64,000 nucleotides of DNA from a virus, in IMG/VR virus record IMGVR_UViG_3300032268_001078, positions 1 through 64,000 of that record. One strand, written 5' to 3'. The position numbers and the translations under genes were made by a program. This document shows positions 44,290-52,399 of the stretch, piece after piece; the first letter of the stretch is position 1; each line of letters opens with the position of its first letter. The notes under the pieces are model-generated. The model did no database searches, was not told the origin of the DNA, and saw only the letters and a program-made list of their open reading frames with translations.

Positions 44290-45735
44290 TTAATATACTA
44301 ATTTGTGTCTTAATTTTTTAACTGGTAGTTCTTCTACTTTGGTAAATGTAAATGGTTTTTTAGGTGTCCATTTTTCTAATGTAGCTTCAATTCCTTCAAT
44401 AATATTTTTACTCATATTATCAGCAGTCATCATAGCTTCAGTTGATGTAACCCACTCACGAGCTAATTCACCTCTACGTTTTCTTTCATCTGCTCCCATT
44501 TCATAACATTCTACTAAACGTTTAGCTACATCTCTAAAATCACAACGATCATCAAAAATATATGGAGTTAATGGAGAACCTTGTATACTCATATTTGTAG
44601 GCCAAACAGGTAAAGCCCATTCACCACATTTTTTATATGTTCCAAAATGATTAGAACAAAAATCTGAGTCAAATTTAATCCAATTTCCATCTTCGTCTTC
44701 AAAACGCATTTGATCTTGCATACCACCAGTTGAATTAGCAATAATCATTTTACCACACATCATAGCTTCTGTTAAACTTAAACCCCATCCTTCATTAGAT
44801 GAAATTAAAGCAGTCACATCACACATATTATATAGTCTTCTCATATCATCTACTGATACTAATTTATCCCAGTAAATAATATTCATATAATCTTCACTGC
44901 ACAATAAATCTTCTACAGCTTTCATGTCTGTTCCATTATCATCCACAATTTGAGTATGCATTAAAAAAGCACAATTTTTAGCTTTTTCTTCACCAATTTG
45001 TTCACAAAACAATCTGTAAGCAGCCATTAAATCAGGCAATGATTTACGACGAATATTACGAGCATTATAATAAACAACATACTCATATTCTTTACCTCCA
45101 AAAACTTCACTTTTTAAACGTTTGAATTCAATGTAATCTGGATCTGTAGGTGTAATAGGTCTAAAATTATTTTCATTAATACCATGAGGTACATATTTAA
45201 TAACTTTGTTGTGAGCTTTGTCACCTAATACAATTTTGTTAATATTCTCTGTTTGTTTAGAAATAGCCAATAATCCATCACAAGAATCATAATAATCTTC
45301 ATTATACATTGGTGCTGGATAATCATCCCAAATGTTTAAATAAATCATTGGTATTTTACGACGAACTTCATTTTCAATATCAAACAACCAAATCCAATAA
45401 CGTGGATCTGTAAAAAACATTAAAGCGTCTGGTTTCTCGTATTTTAAAAGATCTCTAATTAATTGAGCATCTCCATATCCATTAATAGGTAATAATTCAA
45501 CTTTAGCATCATCAATGTCTAATAATTTATTAGTTTCTGGTGATAAATCAAATTTTTTACCTTGATCTGGATGTTGAATAGCTCCTCCAATATTTAACCA
45601 ATTAAATCGATGAGCTGATCCTATTACAAATTCACGAGCCATAGTAGCAATACCACTATGCATTCTCATATCATCTGATAATAGAATAATTTTTTTACGT
45701 TTGTTTTGTGGAATATAACCTTCTTTTGTATTCAT
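44290..45735 (-). CDS. GT4-family glycosyltransferase
   Basis: SGIA, RNIRRK, SNEGWGLSLTEAMMCG. Confidence 0.88.
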   Translation of the reverse strand: MNTKEGYIPQNKRKKIILLSDDMRMHSGIATMAREFVIGSAHRFNWLNIGGAIQHPDQGKKFDLSPETNKLLDIDDAKVELLPINGYGDAQLIRDLLKYEKPDALMFFTDPRYWIWLFDIENEVRRKIPMIYLNIWDDYPAPMYNEDYYDSCDGLLAISKQTENINKIVLGDKAHNKVIKYVPHGINENNFRPITPTDPDYIEFKRLKSEVFGGKEYEYVVYYNARNIRRKSLPDLMAAYRLFCEQIGEEKAKNCAFLMHTQIVDDNGTDMKAVEDLLCSEDYMNIIYWDKLVSVDDMRRLYNMCDVTALISSNEGWGLSLTEAMMCGKMIIANSTGGMQDQMRFEDEDGNWIKFDSDFCSNHFGTYKKCGEWALPVWPTNMSIQGSPLTPYIFDDRCDFRDVAKRLVECYEMGADERKRRGELAREWVTSTEAMMTADNMSKNIIEGIEATLEKWTPKKPFTFTKVEELPVKKLRHKLVY

Positions 45736-45744
45736 AAATCTAAT

Positions 45745-45945
45745 TTAAATTGATCCTGTTAATTCATGTTTATAATTATGCATTGTTTTTCTGAAATCTT
45801 CATTATTAATATAATAATGCATTGCACGATCTACCAACTTTGATAAACTAAATTTTGTTCTTACACACATAACTTTGAAATCTTCAAACATTTGTGGTTC
45901 GAGTTTTAAACTTGTTAAACTCTTGTCTTTACTTGCTGTTGTCAT
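45745..45945 (-). CDS. ribbon-helix-helix-like DNA-binding protein
   Basis: LTSLKLEPQMFEDFK......SLSKLVDRAM; heads the glycan locus. Confidence 0.55.
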   Translation of the reverse strand: MTTASKDKSLTSLKLEPQMFEDFKVMCVRTKFSLSKLVDRAMHYYINNEDFRKTMHNYKHELTGSI

Positions 45946-45995
45946 AATTTTATTGTCGATAATAAATATGTATATATTATATAAAAATATACGTA

Positions 45996-46937
45996 TTATG
46001 AAAAAAATGTTGTTTTACTTTCACCTTTAGTACATAGTCCGTTATTATATGGACACCATGTGCAAGATTCTTTACTAATATTCATTGGGTATTCTTTATG
46101 AATATAAATTCCATCTTCAGTAAAACAAGTATTTAAAAAATCATTAAATTGATCTTCAGCTTGTTTCATTTTAATTTTTCCAGCAGCTGGTTTTACACTT
46201 TGTGTTCTAGGAATAACAAAGTCTGCATTTTCATAGAGTTTGCGTTTTACTACAATAAATTCAACTTCTATTTTTTCTAGAGGAATATTATATAATTCAC
46301 TAAAGTATTTTTTATATAATAAAATTTGTTGTAATTTAGTATCGTTTTTCTTTTCTTTATCACCCCAACCTCTAGTTGATGTTTTGAAATCATAAATATA
46401 ATAAGTGTCGTATGTTTTATCATAAACAACGACATCAATAAATCCTTTCATATAAAGATTTTGTTTTTGTGATAATTTAGCTATAATAGGAACTTCAATT
46501 CCTACTAATTCCCAATTTCTAACACCAAACCATTTTACTTTGTCTTTTTTAAAAGCTTTAATGATTTCTAATCCATCTTGGTGGAACTCTCTCATTTCAT
46601 CTGGTGATGAAAAGTGAATATCTTTATTTTGGTTTAAGGTTTTCTTATATTCTTCTGTAAATTGAATTTTAAAAAAAGCTTCCCAATCTTCTTCATCTGC
46701 TTTTTTATTAGAAACATTGTATACTTTGTCTAAGTATGTTTGTAAAGTAGTATGAATCGCTGTTCCAAAAACAGCATGAATAGAAGGAGAAAAAACATAA
46801 TTACCTAAGGCATAATTAAGATACCATTGGTGTTGACAACTTCTCCAAGTTGAGTACTGAGAATAAGATACTGTTTTGTCTGTAGCGTAATTTATCTCAT
46901 GTAATTTAATCTTGGTTGGATTTTTAAATTTTGCCAC
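45996..46937 (-). CDS. PD-(D/E)XK nuclease (RecB/Cas4-like exonuclease)
   Basis: SYSQ...C, GTAIH, KGFID, IYDFKTS, Q..LY, C-terminal CTWCPY..C. Confidence 0.85.
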   Translation of the reverse strand: MAKFKNPTKIKLHEINYATDKTVSYSQYSTWRSCQHQWYLNYALGNYVFSPSIHAVFGTAIHTTLQTYLDKVYNVSNKKADEEDWEAFFKIQFTEEYKKTLNQNKDIHFSSPDEMREFHQDGLEIIKAFKKDKVKWFGVRNWELVGIEVPIIAKLSQKQNLYMKGFIDVVVYDKTYDTYYIYDFKTSTRGWGDKEKKNDTKLQQILLYKKYFSELYNIPLEKIEVEFIVVKRKLYENADFVIPRTQSVKPAAGKIKMKQAEDQFNDFLNTCFTEDGIYIHKEYPMNISKESCTWCPYNNGLCTKGESKTTFFS

Positions 46938-47268
46938 TTAGTTCTTTTTTAATTTTGTTTAAGTATAAAATAGCATCCATATGTTCTTCAATAGCGTGTT
47001 CTAACCATTGTTCAATAGTTAAATCAGTTCTATCCATATCATTGTTGTATTTTTGCTTACCAAAACTAGCTCTACTAATAAATTTATCTACTACACCATC
47101 TACAATTGAGTCTGTTTTACGAACTAAACGATGAGTGTCTTCACCACTCATAATACGCTCATATTCTTCATAACTTTTCCTAAAAGCTTTTTCTGTTCTT
47201 TCTTGAATATAACTATAATCAACTTGATCAGTTGGGTGTGGTTCGTATTTATTTTTTTCGTTTTCCAT
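46924..47268 (-). CDS. all-alpha NTP pyrophosphatase (MazG-like) family protein
   Basis: G.QKY..........WLEHAIEEHMDAILYL. Confidence 0.55.
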   Translation of the reverse strand: MENEKNKYEPHPTDQVDYSYIQERTEKAFRKSYEEYERIMSGEDTHRLVRKTDSIVDGVVDKFISRASFGKQKYNNDMDRTDLTIEQWLEHAIEEHMDAILYLNKIKKELSGKI

Positions 47269-47683
47269 TTTTCTTTTTCTTTTCAAAACCTTTTATCTCA
47301 TTTAATATAATAACCTTATCGTCTAAAGCCAAAAGATCTAGTAAGTCTTTTGCTTCACGAGTTCCACATTCAAAATAAGTGGCTATTGATTGTAATTCTT
47401 CTTCATCCCATTTTACGTTCGATTTTACCCATTTATTCCACATTGGTTTTTTAGGAATAACATCTTTGTAAAAATCATAAAGTTTATTTGGAGGCATTGG
47501 GTACAACATAGCCATTTCAACTACCTGAATGTATTCTTTATTGAAACTCAATGCCTTATTAATAATAAAACTATTAAAACCAGACTGTTCTTCTTCAGTA
47601 AAAGATGACCAATCACGTTTTTCAACCGTGATCTGTTTTAACCAATCGAATGGTGTGAGTGTCTTTTTTATTTGTTTTTCCAT
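47249..47683 (-). CDS. clamp loader small subunit (T4 gp62-like)
   Basis: PFDWL..I, FIINKALS, YDFY...IPKK...KW.K, YFECG.REA. Confidence 0.8.
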   Translation of the reverse strand: MEKQIKKTLTPFDWLKQITVEKRDWSSFTEEEQSGFNSFIINKALSFNKEYIQVVEMAMLYPMPPNKLYDFYKDVIPKKPMWNKWVKSNVKWDEEELQSIATYFECGTREAKDLLDLLALDDKVIILNEIKGFEKKKKNGKRKK

Positions 47684-48327
47684 ATATAACCTCCTGCTGT
47701 TTTTGTTTTTCCTTCTAAACATGCTCTAATGTCTCCTTTACTAATGGATCTTTTAGCATTAGATATACTATCCCATTCCTTAATAAAATTTCCTTCTAAA
47801 TCATACTGAATTATGGGTTTTGGTGTTTTACCAGCATTTTTTGCTCTTGGTCTGCCTTTAATGCTTTTTCTTGTTGTATAATTAATTCCTGTAGGTTTAC
47901 CTTTTCTAGATTTAGCTATTTTATTTCCCCAAGTGACTTTTCTTCCTTTTAAGACTTCACTTTGTTTTTGCTTTGACTCTTCATTCCATCCACTATTAGG
48001 TTTTCTAGTATTGATTGATTTATCCCACCATGTGTTTTTTCTACCTTTATGGACATCTTTTGGACATCCATAACTAACATTATGACAATTATAAAAATTA
48101 GTATTATTAGCGGCGTCATAATAATTTAACCAATATTCTTCTCTTTCTCTTAGATGGATTTCATTATTACAATACTCTAATATTTCCTTTTTAAAATTTT
48201 CTTTTCCGTATTTAACAATAGCCTGTTTTAAGAATTTTCCACTTCCTAAATAAGAATTTTTATTTTTAGTATCTTTTCCAATATACTTCTTCCCATTAAT
48301 GACATTAGTAGTCAAGTAAATAACCAT
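47668..48327 (-). CDS. GIY-YIG (Seg-like) homing endonuclease
   Basis: VIYLTTNVINGKKYIGK...YLGSG; NUMOD1-type C-terminus. Confidence 0.9.
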   Translation of the reverse strand: MVIYLTTNVINGKKYIGKDTKNKNSYLGSGKFLKQAIVKYGKENFKKEILEYCNNEIHLREREEYWLNYYDAANNTNFYNCHNVSYGCPKDVHKGRKNTWWDKSINTRKPNSGWNEESKQKQSEVLKGRKVTWGNKIAKSRKGKPTGINYTTRKSIKGRPRAKNAGKTPKPIIQYDLEGNFIKEWDSISNAKRSISKGDIRACLEGKTKTAGGYIWKNK

Positions 48328-48368
48328 ACGCTAATAAATATTAGTGTAGTCACATAAATGATGAAGAT

Positions 48369-48593
48369 TTAATCCTTCTTTTTTAATTCAGCTGGGAGAA
48401 ATTCCTCGTTAACATTTCCGCATTTTTGACAAGAAAATACTGGAATTGGTACTAGTCCATCTTGAGCATTACCTGTTAAAAATTTACTTACTTTTCTTAA
48501 CATCATTCCTTCTTGGAATACTTCATGTCCACACTCATCACAAGTCATGGCAACTGTTTTATCTAACGAAACGTTTAATTTTGGTGCTTGCAT
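48369..48593 (-). CDS. zinc-ribbon hypothetical protein
   Basis: CDECG...CQKCG. Confidence 0.7.
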   Translation of the reverse strand: MQAPKLNVSLDKTVAMTCDECGHEVFQEGMMLRKVSKFLTGNAQDGLVPIPVFSCQKCGNVNEEFLPAELKKKD

Positions 48594-48604
48594 ATATATA
48601 AATA

Positions 48605-49495
48605 TTAAATTAATTTAGCTATTGTACTCATAAATGTAATTTCTTTATCTGGTGAATTCATTGAGTTGTGAATTCCTTCAGCAATTGTAATAATAGATTT
48701 AGCATCAGTTGTATTATCATATAATGCTTTATAAATTTCAGTGAAATCTTTTACTCCATTATCTGCTACAATTTGTCTAATTTCAATAAACGCGTCTTTA
48801 GTTTGTAATTTATCAATAATGTCTTGAACATAATTTGACTTAGTAAAACTTTTACCTTGAATACTCAATTTTCCATTTTTAACACACGCTTGTAAGTTGT
48901 TAAGAGTTTTACGAATATCAGGATGAAATGTTTTTACAATTGATACTACTTCTTTTTTATCATATTCAACTGTTTCTTGGTCGAGTATACTCAAACAATG
49001 TTCATAAAGTTGTTTGGGAGTAAGCGAATTTAACGCATAACTTGCTAGTCTCGAATGGAGTGGTGAAATAATTCTATCTGCAAAATTACACGTAAATACA
49101 AAACGAGTTTGTAAACTAAATGTTTCAATAATATTACGTAAAGCAGCTTGAGCATTTAATGTCAAGAAATCAGCTTCATCTAAAATAACTACTTTAAGTT
49201 TTCTAAAGGTAGCAGCACTTGCAAATTGTTTTACTTTATCACGAATAGCATCAATTCCATTTTCATCACTACAATTCAAATACAAATAATCACAGTCAAT
49301 GTTAGATGTAATGATTTTAGCAGCAGTTGTTTTACCTGTACCTGGACCACCGTGAAGTAGTAAGTTAGGAAAGTCTTGATGTGAAATCCATTCTTCTAAG
49401 TCTTCTACCAATGCTTCATTTCCAATATATGTGTCTAAGTTTTTAGGTCTGTACTTCTCTACGTATAGAGTGTGTTTTTTATTTGTTTTTATCAT
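48605..49495 (-). CDS. clamp loader AAA+ subunit (T4 gp44/RFC small-like)
   Basis: EKYRP, GGPGTGKT, LNCSDENGID.IR, ILDEAD.L...AQAALR, SPLHSR. Confidence 0.92.
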   Translation of the reverse strand: MIKTNKKHTLYVEKYRPKNLDTYIGNEALVEDLEEWISHQDFPNLLLHGGPGTGKTTAAKIITSNIDCDYLYLNCSDENGIDAIRDKVKQFASAATFRKLKVVILDEADFLTLNAQAALRNIIETFSLQTRFVFTCNFADRIISPLHSRLASYALNSLTPKQLYEHCLSILDQETVEYDKKEVVSIVKTFHPDIRKTLNNLQACVKNGKLSIQGKSFTKSNYVQDIIDKLQTKDAFIEIRQIVADNGVKDFTEIYKALYDNTTDAKSIITIAEGIHNSMNSPDKEITFMSTIAKLI

Positions 49496-50058
49496 AACTT
49501 ATTACTTTTTCTTATATTATCACTACACCACATTGGTCTCAAATTGGTATAGTGATTTAGTTTATAAACTTCTTCTTCTGTTGTTGCAGAGCTAGCAGGT
49601 ATGATGTGGTCAATATGCCAAGTTGAATTGTCTTTTCCTATACCCCAATTATCCCAATTCATACCTTCTGTAAATTGTTTTTCTAAATGTTCTTTTAATA
49701 GTTCCCAATTTTCTAAACCAACTATTTTTAATGAATTTTTATTTTTTATAAAGTTTTGTTTATTTAAATAAGTATTAATTTGAGTTGATAAATGATGTTG
49801 AATTTGAAATATTTTATTGTTTTTTCTTTTTTCTTTCATCCAGTTATTCATATAATTTGGGTTAGTTTTGAACCATTCTTGGACTTGCTTTTTTTGTTTT
49901 TCAACAAACTCAGGATTATTTTCTTTATATTGTTTTGAATATAATAATCTTTTTTCTTTGTTTTTATGGTAACTTTTTAAATCAATAGCATTTTTACAAT
50001 CAGTACAATATATTCGATGGTTAGTTATTTCGTTTGTTTTACATTTTGAACATTTCAT
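49492..50058 (-). CDS. free-standing HNH endonuclease
   Basis: WHIDHIIP...HYTNLRPMW..DN..KSN; paralog of 6482-7096. Confidence 0.8.
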   Translation of the reverse strand: MKCSKCKTNEITNHRIYCTDCKNAIDLKSYHKNKEKRLLYSKQYKENNPEFVEKQKKQVQEWFKTNPNYMNNWMKEKRKNNKIFQIQHHLSTQINTYLNKQNFIKNKNSLKIVGLENWELLKEHLEKQFTEGMNWDNWGIGKDNSTWHIDHIIPASSATTEEEVYKLNHYTNLRPMWCSDNIRKSNKL

Positions 50059-50111
50059 AGGTCGGTATTTTTTCTAATAAATATTAACCTAAGTTTATTT
50101 TCTTACTCATA

Positions 50112-50870
50112 TTAGTCTATATCTAAATTTAAACTTAAATCGTTTGAAATATATCTCAAATCTTCTAATTTTGCTGATTTTACTCGTAATGCTTGTTGAA
50201 ATTTTCTTTTAATTCCACTCAACTGTTGTAAACGTTTCATTATTTTATCGTGGTTTTTACATAAGAAATCAATACAATCGTCTTTATGTTTTTTATTTTT
50301 CCTATAACTTTCATAAAATGCATAACGTACTTTATATGAAATTGTTTTAGATGGATGTTGAACATAAATAATATGAGGATCATCGTGTGATCTAAAATTA
50401 AGTGGATATAAATTTTCTTGTTTTGAATCAAAGTTATTATCATATTGTGAATTGAAAATATCAATATGAATTTTCAACTTATAATCATATAATCTAATTA
50501 AATTCAGTTTAAGTATATCTTTAGTTGGTATTTTAGCCATATCATCAACTGAAATAATTTCATCATCCGCATATACATCACATACTACTTCTAATTCAAA
50601 TAATGACTTCATAATGTCAAATTCTTCTTCAGTTAATGGTTCTGTTAAAGCAAAGTCTAAATCAGCACTTCTAGTTTTAAAGTCTAATTTAACTAAATCC
50701 AATGCGTGTAATGAAACTGAACCTGCTAATACTAATTTAGGACAAACACTAGTCATTGTAATAAGTCTATTATATAGATCTTCGTTATCAATAAATTGAT
50801 GCGTAGTTGCATAAGCACTTTGTGCTTTTTTTGAATATGATCTTAAATCATAATTAAATTTTTCTTCCAT
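50112..50870 (-). CDS. Pol-beta-superfamily nucleotidyltransferase
   Basis: LVLAGSVSL...SADLDFAL (GS + DxD), third Asp in HIDIF, KHKDD. Confidence 0.65.
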   Translation of the reverse strand: MEEKFNYDLRSYSKKAQSAYATTHQFIDNEDLYNRLITMTSVCPKLVLAGSVSLHALDLVKLDFKTRSADLDFALTEPLTEEEFDIMKSLFELEVVCDVYADDEIISVDDMAKIPTKDILKLNLIRLYDYKLKIHIDIFNSQYDNNFDSKQENLYPLNFRSHDDPHIIYVQHPSKTISYKVRYAFYESYRKNKKHKDDCIDFLCKNHDKIMKRLQQLSGIKRKFQQALRVKSAKLEDLRYISNDLSLNLDID

Positions 50871-50885
50871 AACCTTTTATTTTGA

Positions 50886-50916
50886 ATAATATAAGAAAAA
50901 AAGCTTGGAAAACCAA
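50886..50916 (-). promoter_or_regulatory. class II promoter (TTGG-N17-CTTATATTAT) overlapping a hairpin
   Basis: Three copies around the tRNA cluster with identical spacing. Confidence 0.6.
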
Positions 50917-50933
50917 GCTTCTTTAAATTTTAG

Positions 50934-51008
50934 TGGGCCCTACAGGGATCGAACCTGTGTATCTCTTCGTTATGAGCGAAGTGCCTTTACCTACTTGGCG
51001 AAAGGCCC
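50934..51008 (-). tRNA. tRNA with CAT anticodon, probably Ile2 (lysidine)
   Basis: Full cloverleaf GGGCCTT/AGGGCCC, anticodon arm CTTCG-CTCATAA-CGAAG, C4:G69 and C5:G68. Confidence 0.8.
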
Positions 51009-51013
51009 AGAAG

Positions 51014-51085
51014 TACTCCCAACGGGATTCGAACCCGTGACTTGTCCGTGAAAGGGACATGACTTAACCGCTTGTCGATAGGAGC
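51014..51085 (-). tRNA. tRNA-Glu(TTC)
   Basis: GCTCCTA/TGGGAGT acceptor stem; TGTCC-CTTTCAC-GGACA; GGTTCGAATCC. Confidence 0.9.
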
Positions 51086-51166
51086 GTGGTAGGTGCACCC
51101 TCCCGGGATTCGAACCCGTGACTTGTCCGTGAAAGGGACATGACTTAACCGCTTGTCGATAGGAGC
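51023..51166. repeat. 63-bp exact tandem direct repeat (51023-51085 and 51104-51166), 81-bp period
   Basis: Direct sequence comparison. Confidence 0.9.
51095..51166 (-). pseudogene. chimeric tRNA-Glu(TTC) copy with a non-pairing 3' acceptor strand
   Basis: 5' 63 nt identical to tRNA-Glu; 3' strand GAGGGTG mispairs with GCTCCTA at three positions. Confidence 0.7.
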
Positions 51167-51171
51167 AATTG

Positions 51172-51242
51172 TTACCTCCCAAGGATTCGAACCTCAATTA
51201 ATTGGACCAAAACCAATTGTCCTGCCGTTAGACGAGGAGGTA
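51172..51242 (-). tRNA. tRNA-Gln(TTG)
   Basis: TACCTCC/GGAGGTA (U1-A72); ATTGG-TTTTGGT-CCAAT. Confidence 0.88.
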
Positions 51243-51254
51243 ATTTATTTTTTG

Positions 51255-51400
51255 TAGTCAGGACAGGACTCGAACCTGTATGGTCTACATTTCTCCTAGC
51301 TGGCCCAATTACCGGGACTCGAACCCGAATGTGTGTGACCTCAATCCAGCTCTAGCGTCTACCACGTCAGGGGACACCCCTAACCTTCCGCCACCTGACT
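51255..51400 (-). ncRNA. 146-nt tRNA-like RNA with an expanded D-loop and a second T-arm in place of the anticodon loop
   Basis: AGTCAGG/CCTGACT acceptor stem, ACAGG-TTCGAGT-CCTGT T-arm, inserted hairpins. Confidence 0.65.
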
Positions 51401-51416
51401 AATTTTAAACCAAAGT

Positions 51417-51593
51417 AGAGTAGAGTTAAACTTTTGCTGAAAAGTCTTAAGTGTTGAGTTTTTCTGGTTTTGAATCTTGGATTTTGAATCTTAAGGCGTT
51501 CATCAATATCAATATCAAAGCATCATGTTATCGTTAGATAGTAATCTCTATCAGAGACGTCCGAAGACGGTGCTACTCATTCAACTCTACTCT
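51417..51593 (-). ncRNA. candidate structured RNA downstream of the DIP1984-like gene
   Basis: 14-bp closing stem AGAGTAGAGTTGAA/TTTAACTCTACTCT; CGTC-TTCG-GACG hairpin. Confidence 0.5.
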
Positions 51594-51602
51594 TTAAATT
51601 GG

Positions 51603-52028
51603 TTATATCATTGTGAGAGCATTATATGCCTCAATTTCTTCTTGAAGAGTTTCAATCTGCTCTTCTATTTCTTTTATTTTAGAATCCTTAGTGAATAAGT
51701 TCATATGAGCTACATACTCAGAAGTAGTATCAGCATAACGATCCTTAATGGTCCCTTCCTGAGTTGATACAATGCGAAGTTTTGCAGCTATACTTTTCAA
51801 TTCTCCTAATTTAAAAATTTTATCAGCAATACCCACATTAGCAATATGAATCTTAGTTTTCAAATCAACCAATTGGTCTGTTAAATTAATCCAACTTTCA
51901 AATGCTTCGCCTGCATCATATCCTACACTTCCTTTTTCTGTTGAGTTGAATTTGCTGAAACGGATGTACATTTCATCGATTTGCTTTACAAGTTTCTTTT
52001 TGTGCTTTAATGCTTTAGTTAAGTTCAT
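51603..52028 (-). CDS. DIP1984-like (DUF6847-type) coiled-coil protein
   Basis: MNLTKALKHKKKL...LKTKIHIAN...IFKLGELK...IETLQEEIEAYNA; true start 52028. Confidence 0.6.
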   Translation of the reverse strand: MNLTKALKHKKKLVKQIDEMYIRFSKFNSTEKGSVGYDAGEAFESWINLTDQLVDLKTKIHIANVGIADKIFKLGELKSIAAKLRIVSTQEGTIKDRYADTTSEYVAHMNLFTKDSKIKEIEEQIETLQEEIEAYNALTMI

Positions 52029-52048
52029 ATACTTTATTTTTATTTTAG

Positions 52049-52123
52049 TAATCAGGACAGGACTCGAACCTGTAAATGCGCTCCACTTGCTGTGGGTGTG
52101 TCTATCCATTCCACCACCTGATT
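52049..52123 (-). ncRNA. tRNA-like RNA (pseudo-tRNA) with a degenerate anticodon arm
   Basis: AATCAGG/CCTGATT acceptor stem and the same T-arm as 51255-51400; loop lacks U33. Confidence 0.65.
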
Positions 52124-52205
52124 ATTTTTTGCTCTTTATTCTATTACCCTTTTATTTCAGAGCTAACCTGCTTTACTTAAACGAGTTTTTCAAGGGTACA
52201 GGTTT

Positions 52206-52277
52206 TGGGAGCGGACCACGACTCGAACGTGAATTAAAGGTTATGAGCCTTTTGTGTTACCATTACACTAATCCGCT
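52206..52277 (-). tRNA. tRNA-Met(CAT) with encoded CCA
   Basis: AGCGGAT/GTCCGCT acceptor stem; AAAGG-CTCATAA-CCTTT. Confidence 0.8.
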
Positions 52278-52279
52278 AG

Positions 52280-52352
52280 AGCCACCTGCAAGACTCGAAC
52301 TTGCGACCATCTGATTACAAATCAGAAGCTCTACCAACTGAGCTAAGGGGGC
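52280..52352 (-). tRNA. tRNA-Thr(TGT)
   Basis: GCCCCCT/AGGTGGC acceptor stem; TCTGA-TTTGTAA-TCAGA. Confidence 0.9.
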
Positions 52353-52364
52353 TTTTGTGCTCTT

Positions 52365-52395
52365 ATAATATAAGAAAAAATATTATAAAAGCCAA
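52365..52395 (-). promoter_or_regulatory. class II promoter for the tRNA cluster
   Basis: TTGG-N17-CTTATATTAT, 12 nt upstream of tRNA-Thr. Confidence 0.65.
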
Positions 52396-52399
52396 TTTT

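Noticed and set aside
45996-46937. Cas4 as evidence of a CRISPR-Cas system
   Set aside because: It is a solo PD-(D/E)XK exonuclease in a replication context, with no array or other cas genes
6482-50058. Group I introns or inteins hosting the endonucleases
   Set aside because: Flanking genes (MoxR, VWA, UvsE, sigma, clamp loaders) are intact and the endonucleases are free-standing
50991-51197. 68-aa ORF with an internal repeat
   Set aside because: It is a translation of the duplicated tRNA-Glu sequences
51530-51580. Hammerhead ribozyme (CTGATAGAG resembles CUGAUGA)
   Set aside because: The core is imperfect and I found no correctly placed GAAA or stem III
52029-52109. N-terminal extension MDRHTHSKW... 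of the 51603 ORF
   Set aside because: It overlaps the tRNA-like RNA; the A-rich start context favours ATG at 52028
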